64,000 nt of DNA from Escherichia coli (GTDB taxonomy: Bacteria > Pseudomonadota > Gammaproteobacteria > Enterobacterales > Enterobacteriaceae): the NCBI RefSeq assembly GCF_002854065.1, contig NZ_CP024147.1. One strand, given 5' to 3'. Positions 55,548 through 64,000 of this stretch are shown piece by piece. Every line of letters begins with the position of its first letter. Within the stretch, counting starts at the first letter, position 1. Below the pieces are notes generated by a model. The model made no database searches, had not been told where the DNA came from, and was given only the letters and a program-made list of their open reading frames with translations. The position numbers were made by a program, and so were the translations under genes.

Positions 55548-56570
55548 ATGAAAAAAGTGTTATTGATAATCTTGTTATTGCTGGTGGTACTGGGTATCGC
55601 CGCTGGTGTGGGCATCTGGAAGGTTCGCCATCTTGCCGACAGCAAGTTGCTTATCAAAGAAGAGACGATATTTACCCTGAAGCCAGGGACCGGACGTCTG
55701 GCGCTAGGTGAACAGCTTTATACCGATAAGATCATCAATCGCCCACGGGTTTTTCAATGGTTGCTGCGTATCGAACCGGATCTTTCTCACTTTAAAGCCG
55801 GGACTTACCGCTTTACACCGCAGATGACCGTGCGCGAGATGCTGAAATTGTTGGAAAGCGGTAAAGAAGCCCAGTTCCCGCTGCGACTGGTAGAAGGGAT
55901 GCGTTTGAGCGACTACCTCAAGCAATTGCGTGAGGCTCCGTATATCAAGCACACGCTGAGTGACGATAAGTACGCCACCGTAGCGCAGGCACTTGAACTG
56001 GAAAACCCGGAGTGGATTGAAGGTTGGTTCTGGCCAGACACCTGGATGTATACCGCCAATACTACCGATGTCGCGTTACTCAAGCGAGCGCACAAGAAAA
56101 TGGTGAAAGCGGTCGATAGCGCCTGGGAAGGGCGTGCGGACGGTCTGCCTTATAAAGATAAAAATCAGCTGGTGACGATGGCATCAATTATCGAAAAAGA
56201 AACCGCCGTTGCCAGTGAACGCGATCAGGTTGCCTCGGTATTTATCAACCGTTTACGCATTGGTATGCGCCTGCAGACCGACCCGACCGTGATTTACGGG
56301 ATGGGAGAGCGTTATAATGGCAAACTTTCTCGTGCAGACCTGGAAACGCCGACAGCGTATAACACCTATACCATTACCGGTTTGCCGCCAGGTGCGATAG
56401 CTACGCCGGGGGCGGATTCGCTGAAGGCTGCTGCGCATCCGGCAAAAACGCCGTATCTCTATTTTGTGGCCGATGGTAAAGGTGGTCACACGTTTAATAC
56501 CAATCTTGCCAGTCATAACAAGTCTGTGCAGGATTATCTGAAAGTGCTTAAGGAAAAAAATGCGCAGTAA
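55548..56570 (+). CDS. mltG: Endolytic murein transglycosylase MltG (YceG), 340 aa
   Basis: N-terminal TM helix and YceG-like domain. Confidence 0.92.
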
Positions 56571-57201
56571 GTATATCGTCATTGAGGGGCTGGAAGGCGC
56601 AGGCAAAACTACCGCGCGTAATGTGGTGGTTGAGACGCTCGAGCAACTGGGTATCCGCGACATGGTTTTCACTCGGGAACCTGGCGGTACGCAACTTGCC
56701 GAAAAGTTAAGAAGCCTGGTGCTGGATATCAAATCGGTAGGCGATGAAGTCATTACCGATAAAGCCGAAGTTCTGATGTTTTATGCCGCGCGCGTTCAAC
56801 TGGTAGAAACGGTCATCAAACCTGCGCTGGCTAACGGCACCTGGGTGATTGGCGATCGTCACGATCTCTCCACTCAGGCGTATCAGGGCGGAGGACGTGG
56901 TATTGACCAACATATGCTGGCAACACTGCGTGATGCTGTTCTCGGGGATTTTCGCCCCGACTTAACGCTCTATCTCGATGTTACCCCGGAAGTTGGCTTA
57001 AAACGCGCGCGTGCGCGCGGCGAGCTGGATCGTATTGAGCAAGAGTCTTTCGATTTCTTTAATCGCACCCGCGCCCGCTATCTGGAACTGGCTGCACAAG
57101 ATAAAAGTATTCATACCATTGATGCCACCCAGCCGCTGGAGGCCGTGATGGATGCAATCCGCACTACCGTGACCCACTGGGTGAAGGAGTTGGACGCATG
57201 A
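56560..57201 (+). CDS. tmk: Thymidylate kinase Tmk, 213 aa
   Basis: P-loop [10 protein letters not shown]; start overlaps the mltG end. Confidence 0.95.
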
Positions 57202-58202
57202 GATGGTATCCATGGTTACGACCTGATTTCGAAAAACTGGTAGCCAGCTATCAGGCCGGAAGAGGTCACCATGCGCTACTCATTCAGGCGTTACCGGGCA
57301 TGGGCGATGATGCTTTAATCTACGCCCTGAGCCGTTATTTACTCTGCCAACAACCGCAGGGCCACAAAAGTTGCGGTCACTGTCGTGGATGTCAGTTGAT
57401 GCAGGCTGGCACGCATCCCGATTACTACACCCTGGCTCCCGAAAAAGGGAAAAATGCGCTGGGCATTGATGCGGTACGTGAGGTCACCGAAAAGCTGAAT
57501 GAGCACGCACGCTTAGGTGGTGCGAAAGTTGTCTGGGTAACCGATGCTGCCTTACTAACCGACGCCGCGGCTAACGCATTGCTGAAAACGCTTGAAGAGC
57601 CACCAGCAGAAACCTGGTTTTTCCTGGCTACCCACGAGCCTGAACGTTTACTGGCAACATTACGTAGTCGTTGTCGGTTACATTACCTTGCGCCGCCGCC
57701 GGAACAGTACGCCGTGACCTGGCTTTCACGCGAAGTGACAATGTCACAGGATGCATTACTTGCCGCATTGCGCTTAAGCGCCGGTTCGCCTGGCGCGGCA
57801 CTGGCGTTGTTTCAGGGAGATAACTGGCAGGCTCGTGAAACATTGTGTCAGGCGTTGGCATATAGCGTGCCATCGGGCGACTGGTATTCGCTGCTGGCGG
57901 CCCTTAATCATGAACAAGCTCCGGCGCGTTTACACTGGCTGGCAACGTTGCTGATGGATGCGCTAAAACGCCATCATGGCGCTGCGCAGGTGACCAATGT
58001 TGATGTGCCGGGCCTGGTCGTCGAACTAGCAAACCATCTTTCTCCCTCGCGCCTGCAGGCTATACTGGGGGATGTTTGCCACATTCGTGAACAGTTAATA
58101 TCTGTCACAGGCATCAACCGCGAGCTTCTCATCACCGATCTTTTACTGCGTATTGAGCATTACCTGCAACCGGGCGTTGTGCTACCGGTTCCTCATCTTT
58201 AA
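57198..58202 (+). CDS. holB: DNA polymerase III delta-prime subunit HolB, 334 aa
   Basis: ATGA overlap with the tmk stop; AAA+ clamp-loader-like with CxxC zinc module (CGHCRGC). Confidence 0.93.
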
Positions 58203-58212
58203 GAGAGACATC

Positions 58213-59010
58213 ATGTTTTTAGTCGACTCACACTGCCATCTCGATGGTCTGGATTATGAATCTTTGCATAAGGACGTGGATGACGTTCTGGCGAAAGCCG
58301 CCGCACGCGATGTGAAATTTTGTCTGGCAGTCGCCACAACATTACCGGGTTATTTACACATGCGGGATCTGGTAGGCGAACGTGACAACGTCGTATTTTC
58401 TTGTGGCGTGCATCCACTCAACCAGAATGATCCCTACGATGTAGAAGATTTACGCCGTCTGGCGGCAGAAGAGGGTGTTGTAGCGCTGGGTGAAACCGGG
58501 CTGGATTATTATTACACACCGGAAACTAAAGTACGTCAGCAAGAGTCCTTCATCCATCATATCCAGATTGGTCGTGAACTGAACAAGCCGGTTATCGTCC
58601 ATACCCGTGACGCCCGCGCCGATACGCTGGCAATTCTGCGCGAAGAAAAAGTGACGGATTGCGGTGGCGTACTACACTGTTTTACAGAGGACAGAGAAAC
58701 GGCGGGCAAATTACTGGATCTCGGATTTTACATCTCCTTTTCCGGCATTGTGACCTTCCGTAATGCGGAGCAACTGCGCGATGCTGCGCGTTATGTCCCC
58801 CTGGATCGGTTACTGGTGGAAACTGACTCACCTTACCTTGCGCCGGTACCGCATCGAGGAAAAGAGAATCAACCTGCGATGGTTCGTGACGTTGCAGAAT
58901 ACATGGCTGTGTTGAAAGGTGTTGCCGTTGAAGAACTGGCGCAGGTAACCACCGATAACTTCGCCCGTCTGTTTCACATCGACGCTTCCCGCCTTCAATC
59001 CATCCGTTGA
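58213..59010 (+). CDS. ycfH: TatD-family metal-dependent hydrolase YcfH, 265 aa
   Basis: [16 protein letters not shown]... with TatD HxH motif. Confidence 0.9.
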
Positions 59011-59269
59011 ATGAGTTTTTTTAAAGCTCGTAATTAATGGCTAAAACGAGTAAAGTTCACCGCCGAAAATTGGGCGGTGAATAACCACGTTTGAAATATT
59101 GTGACATATGTTTTGTCAAAATGTGCAACTTCTCCAATGATCTGAAGTTGAAACGTGATAGCCGTCAAACAAATTGGCACTGAATTATTTTACTCTGTGT
59201 AATAAATAAAGGGCGCTTAGATGCCCTGTACACGGCGAGGCTCTCCCCCCTTGCCACGCGTGAGAACGT

Positions 59270-59320
59270 AAAAAAAGCACCCATACTCAGGAGCACTCTC
59301 AATTATGTTTAAGAATGCAT
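59270..59320 (+). promoter_or_regulatory. ptsG translation-initiation region (target of sRNA SgrS in E. coli)
   Basis: RBS AGGAG 8 nt upstream of ATG 59305. SgrS pairing at this site is established knowledge for E. coli ptsG, not computed here. Confidence 0.45.
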
Positions 59321-60738
59321 TTGCTAACCTGCAAAAGGTCGGTAAATCGCTGATGCTGCCGGTATCCGTACTGCCTATCGCAGGTATTCTGCTGGGCGTC
59401 GGTTCCGCGAATTTCAGCTGGCTGCCCGCCGTTGTATCGCATGTTATGGCAGAAGCAGGCGGTTCCGTCTTTGCAAACATGCCACTGATTTTTGCGATCG
59501 GTGTCGCCCTCGGCTTTACCAATAACGATGGCGTATCCGCGCTGGCCGCAGTTGTTGCCTATGGCATCATGGTTAAAACCATGGCCGTGGTTGCGCCACT
59601 GGTACTGCATTTACCTGCTGAAGAAATCGCCTCTAAACACCTGGCGGATACAGGCGTACTCGGAGGGATTATCTCCGGTGCGATCGCAGCGTACATGTTT
59701 AACCGTTTCTACCGTATTAAGCTGCCTGAGTATCTTGGCTTCTTTGCCGGTAAACGCTTTGTGCCGATCATTTCTGGCCTGGCTGCCATCTTTACTGGCG
59801 TTGTGCTGTCCTTCATTTGGCCGCCGATTGGTTCTGCAATCCAGACCTTCTCTCAGTGGGCTGCTTACCAGAACCCGGTAGTTGCGTTTGGCATTTACGG
59901 TTTCATCGAACGTTGCCTGGTACCGTTTGGTCTGCACCACATCTGGAACGTACCTTTCCAGATGCAGATTGGTGAATACACCAACGCAGCAGGTCAGGTT
60001 TTCCACGGCGACATTCCGCGTTATATGGCGGGTGACCCGACTGCGGGTAAACTGTCTGGTGGCTTCTTGTTCAAAATGTACGGTCTGCCAGCTGCCGCAA
60101 TTGCTATCTGGCACTCTGCTAAACCAGAAAACCGCGCGAAAGTGGGCGGTATTATGATCTCCGCGGCGCTGACCTCGTTCCTGACCGGTATCACCGAGCC
60201 GATCGAGTTCTCCTTCATGTTCGTTGCGCCGATCCTGTACATCATCCACGCGATTCTGGCAGGCCTGGCATTCCCAATCTGTATTCTTCTGGGGATGCGT
60301 GACGGTACGTCGTTCTCGCACGGTCTGATCGACTTCATCGTTCTGTCTGGTAACAGCAGCAAACTGTGGCTGTTCCCGATCGTCGGTATCGGTTATGCGA
60401 TTGTTTACTACACCATCTTCCGCGTGCTGATTAAAGCACTGGATCTGAAAACGCCGGGTCGTGAAGACGCGACTGAAGATGCAAAAGCGACAGGTACCAG
60501 CGAAATGGCACCGGCTCTGGTTGCTGCATTTGGTGGTAAAGAAAACATTACTAACCTCGACGCATGTATTACCCGTCTGCGCGTCAGCGTTGCTGATGTG
60601 TCTAAAGTGGATCAGGCCGGCCTGAAGAAACTGGGCGCAGCGGGCGTAGTGGTTGCTGGTTCTGGTGTTCAGGCGATTTTCGGTACTAAATCCGATAACC
60701 TGAAAACCGAGATGGATGAGTACATCCGTAACCACTAA
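59305..60738 (+). CDS. ptsG: Glucose-specific PTS enzyme IICB PtsG, 477 aa
   Basis: [33 protein letters not shown]...; EIIC membrane domain and C-terminal EIIB with phosphorylatable Cys in the [10 protein letters not shown] context. Confidence 0.97.
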
Positions 60739-60762
60739 TCCGTAAGACGTTGGGGAGACTAA

Positions 60763-60787
60763 GGCAGCCAGATGGCTGCCTTTTTTA
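60763..60787 (+). terminator. Rho-independent terminator after ptsG
   Basis: Hairpin GGCAGCCA-ga-TGGCTGCC followed by T6. Confidence 0.7.
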
Positions 60788-60797
60788 CAGGTGTTAT

Positions 60798-62987
60798 TCA
60801 GAATTGATACGTGCCGGTAATGCTGAAATTACGCGGTGCGCCGTAGACGATAGAACCTTCCACGTTGGTATCGTAGGTTTTGTCGAACAGGTTATTGACG
60901 TTCCCCTGTAACGAGAAGTTTTTCGTCACCTGGTAGCGGGTGAAGAGATCCACCAGCGCGTAGCTACCTTGCTCGGCGCGGAAGGTGCCATACGGTGTCA
61001 CGGTGTCGGTATACACGCGATTTTGCCAGTTAACACCACCGCCGACCGTCAACTCTGGCATGACAGGCAACCGGTAGCTGGTGAACATTTTAACCGTGGT
61101 GCGAGGCAGATTAGGATTAACGGCGTTTCCTTCGTTATCCTCTGCAATATAGCGCGTTGCGCCAAATGTCAGCTGCCAGTTGTCGGTAATTGCGCCGTTG
61201 AGTTCAAATTCCACACCTTTACTGACTGTCCCATCCACCGCTTTATAGGCGGTTTCGCCGTTGCTGCCGGGGATAGGTGTACCGGTGGACTGAGCGACAT
61301 TATCCTGCTCAATACGGAAGATGGCTAACGTGGTGGTCAGACGGCTATTCATCCAGTCCGATTTCAGACCCAGCTCGTAGTTGTTACCGGTGATTGGAGC
61401 CAGATATTTGCCTGAACTGTCACGATCATTTTGCGGCTGGAAAATAGAGGTATAGCTGGCGTAGGTCGACCAGTTGTCATTGATGTCAAACACCAGACCA
61501 GCGTAAGGCGTGGTGTGGTTTTTCTCCATGCTGTAAGTCAGCGTATCAACCCGCCAGTTGGTATAACGTGCGCCGAGGATCAGATGCAGCGGATCGGCAA
61601 GGGTGACACGAGTGGCAGCATATAACGATTTCATATGTGTGGTATCGTCCTGCGCCAGGCTCTGTGGTGACCAGTCGGTTTGTGGGAAATTGCCATTAAA
61701 GTTGTAGAAACTGCCAATTTCATCCGGGAAGATGTTGGCCCATGAACTGAAGTAACGATTGTTTTGTTTGCTGTAACTGCCACCAAACATTAGATTGTGC
61801 TGACGACCAAACAATTCATAACTACCGTCAGCGAACAAATCCAGCGCATCAACTTTACGTTTGCCACTGTTCCAACCGGTGCCGCCGACATAATCAAAGC
61901 CAGGTCCATAATTACTGTATGGCCCAACCAGCATACCATCCGCTTTGTTTACATAGGCATCGACATACATCATTTTGCTGTCAAATTCGACTTCAGAGTG
62001 GGTGGCATTCAGTGTCGCTTGCCAGGTATCAGCAAACCGCTGCTTCAGGGTCATAAAGACCTTGTTGATCTCTTTATCGTTGTACGCCCAGTCAGGTGCG
62101 GTACTGCGTGCGCGATCGTAACTGTTGCTGCTGCCATCAGTATTCCAGCGCGGTAAACCGCCCCAGGTTGGGCTATTAACATCAATGCGCTGATATTCGT
62201 AACCGGCTGAAAGCGTCGTAAGATCGCCTAAATCAGCATCGACAATGCCGGAGAAGAAGGTCTTTTCACTATTGTAGCGGTCCAGCCATGAGTCGTTATT
62301 CTGGTAGCCGCCGACAATTCGCGCGCGGATTTTACCGTCTTCGGTGAGTGGGCTTTGTAAATCCGCCACATACCGTTCTTTGTTCCAGCTACCGTATTCC
62401 GCCGAGACATCGCCTTTAAATTCACGACTGGTCGCGTGTTTTCGAACCATATTAATTGCCGCAGATGGATTACCCGTCCCGGTCATGAGTCCTGTCGCGC
62501 CACGCACTACTTCTACGCGTTCAAACAGTGCCATATCAGAAAGTGCGTCGCCCAGATTCCAGCGCGATTCAAAATAGGTGGGGATACCATCAACCATATA
62601 GTTATCGATCTGGAATCCGCGGGAATAATAAAGAGCACGATCGGAATCCGCCTGACTTTTGCTGATCCCCAGCGTGTTTTCCATCACTTCGCCCAGCGTT
62701 TGTAACTGCTGATCTTCCATCCGCTGCTGGCTAACAATAGTGACCGACTGAGGAATATCACGTTGAGTCATCTGCATTTTGGTACCCGCAGAGGTAGACG
62801 TTACGCTGTAATCATTTTCGCCATCATCTGGAGCTGTGGCTGAACCCTCAACAATCACCGTTTCTTCAGTGGCTGGTGCAGCAAAAGCGGCAGAAGGTAA
62901 TAGTGCCAATGCTATGCAACCGGCAAGTAGTGACGGTTTGGTGATGGCTTGATATTGATTATCCCTGTTAAATTGTGTTGAAAGCAT
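60798..62987 (-). CDS. fhuE: TonB-dependent ferric-coprogen/rhodotorulic acid receptor FhuE, 729 aa
   Basis: Signal peptide, TonB-box region, C-terminal ...NFSITGTYQF beta-barrel terminus. Confidence 0.95.
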   Translation of the reverse strand: MLSTQFNRDNQYQAITKPSLLAGCIALALLPSAAFAAPATEETVIVEGSATAPDDGENDYSVTSTSAGTKMQMTQRDIPQSVTIVSQQRMEDQQLQTLGEVMENTLGISKSQADSDRALYYSRGFQIDNYMVDGIPTYFESRWNLGDALSDMALFERVEVVRGATGLMTGTGNPSAAINMVRKHATSREFKGDVSAEYGSWNKERYVADLQSPLTEDGKIRARIVGGYQNNDSWLDRYNSEKTFFSGIVDADLGDLTTLSAGYEYQRIDVNSPTWGGLPRWNTDGSSNSYDRARSTAPDWAYNDKEINKVFMTLKQRFADTWQATLNATHSEVEFDSKMMYVDAYVNKADGMLVGPYSNYGPGFDYVGGTGWNSGKRKVDALDLFADGSYELFGRQHNLMFGGSYSKQNNRYFSSWANIFPDEIGSFYNFNGNFPQTDWSPQSLAQDDTTHMKSLYAATRVTLADPLHLILGARYTNWRVDTLTYSMEKNHTTPYAGLVFDINDNWSTYASYTSIFQPQNDRDSSGKYLAPITGNNYELGLKSDWMNSRLTTTLAIFRIEQDNVAQSTGTPIPGSNGETAYKAVDGTVSKGVEFELNGAITDNWQLTFGATRYIAEDNEGNAVNPNLPRTTVKMFTSYRLPVMPELTVGGGVNWQNRVYTDTVTPYGTFRAEQGSYALVDLFTRYQVTKNFSLQGNVNNLFDKTYDTNVEGSIVYGAPRNFSITGTYQF

Positions 62988-63320
62988 TTGAAATCTCTTG
63001 GTTTATGTTGTCGTCAGGCTCATGCCGGAGGAGGGTGATGAGCGGTTATATTTAGTGTGCGAATAATTTTGTTTGTAAATGCAAATGAGAAATATACGCA
63101 TTCATATTTGTCGTGTAAACCAAACAGAGAATGTCTTTTCAGCGCATTCGCAGGCAGAAATGGGAATAATGGAGATATATACGGCAGCAAAACGATTTTT
63201 TGCTTAAGAAATCGTGAGTTAAGGTTGAAAGAGCAGGTTTAACTCGACCATACTCTATACTCGCAGTGTGGCGCGGCGTAGCATGGCGCAACGCATGGCT
63301 ATTTGAAAAAGGAAAATGTC

Positions 63321-63680
63321 GTGGCAGAAGAAACTATATTCAGCAAAATTATTCGTCGTGAGATCCCCTCCGATATCGTCTACCAGGATGATCTGGTAAC
63401 GGCGTTTCGCGATATTTCGCCGCAAGCGCCAACGCATATTCTGATCATTCCGAATATCCTCATTCCGACTGTGAACGACGTGTCAGCTGAGCATGAGCAG
63501 GCGCTGGGACGCATGATCACCGTAGCGGCAAAAATTGCTGAGCAAGAAGGTATTGCCGAAGATGGCTATCGTCTGATCATGAACACCAACCGCCATGGCG
63601 GACAAGAGGTTTACCACATCCATATGCACTTGTTGGGTGGCCGTCCGCTGGGACCAATGCTGGCGCATAAAGGTCTGTAA
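63321..63680 (+). CDS. hinT: Purine nucleoside phosphoramidase HinT (HIT family), 119 aa
   Basis: GTG start at 63321; histidine-triad motif HIHMHLLGG. Confidence 0.9.
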   Translation: MAEETIFSKIIRREIPSDIVYQDDLVTAFRDISPQAPTHILIIPNILIPTVNDVSAEHEQALGRMITVAAKIAEQEGIAEDGYRLIMNTNRHGGQEVYHIHMHLLGGRPLGPMLAHKGL

Positions 63681-63682
63681 CG

Positions 63683-64000
63683 ATGAGAAAAGGATGCTTT
63701 GGGTTGGTGTCTCTGGCGTTGTTACTGCTGGTGGGCTGTCGTTCACATCCGGAAATTCCGGTGAATGATGAGCAATCGCTGGTGATGGAGTCATCTTTAT
63801 TGGCTGCGGGCATCAGTGCAGAAAAGCCGGTCCTTTCGACGTCTGATATTCAACCTTCAGCATCCTCAACGCTTTATAACGAAAGGCAAGAACCCGTTAC
63901 CGTTCATTATCGTTTTTACTGGTATGACGCCAGAGGGCTGGAGATGCATCCTCTGGAAAGGCCACGCAGCGTTACCATTCCCGCACATTCGGCGGTAACG
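63683..64000 (+). CDS. ycfL: Lipoprotein YcfL, 5' portion (partial at window edge)
   Basis: ATG at 63683 three nt after the hinT stop; lipobox LLLVGC; runs to the window end. Confidence 0.8.
   Translation, partial: MRKGCFGLVSLALLLLVGCRSHPEIPVNDEQSLVMESSLLAAGISAEKPVLSTSDIQPSASSTLYNERQEPVTVHYRFYWYDARGLEMHPLERPRSVTIPAHSAVT

Noticed and set aside
59611-60735. 374-aa minus-strand ORF
   Set aside because: Entirely antisense to ptsG, which is unambiguous on the + strand; spurious long frame.
63000-63300. Fur box in the fhuE promoter region
   Set aside because: fhuE is known to be Fur-regulated and the region is AT-rich with partial matches, but I could not locate a convincing match to the 19-bp Fur consensus by eye, so no coordinates are claimed.

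Overview
This 64-kb window is ordinary Escherichia coli / Shigella-type core chromosome, collinear gene-for-gene with the well-known K-12 region ycdZ–csgGFED/csgBAC–ymdAB–clsC–opgCGH–mdtG–lpxL–yceA–solA–dinI–pyrC–grxB–mdtH–rimJ–murJ–flgNMA/flgB-L–rne–rluC–yceD-rpmF-plsX-fabHDG-acpP-fabF–pabC-mltG-tmk-holB-ycfH–ptsG–fhuE–hinT. Gene identities and K-12 protein lengths are from memory and from motifs visible in the ORF translations; no database search was possible. About 65 genes are intact and full length. The only departures from the canonical order are two 768-bp IS1 elements in direct orientation, each with its own perfect 9-bp target-site duplication: one splits the curli master regulator csgD, the other splits yceI. 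Together they bracket a 15.9-kb block (csgBAC to yceA, including opgGH and lpxL). I found no CRISPR array, prophage, defence island or orphan gene cluster, and nothing I can honestly call a previously undescribed system. The most interesting biology is the predicted regulatory knockout of curli with all structural and secretion genes still intact, alongside a fully intact flg flagellar cluster, and the recombination potential of the IS1 pair.
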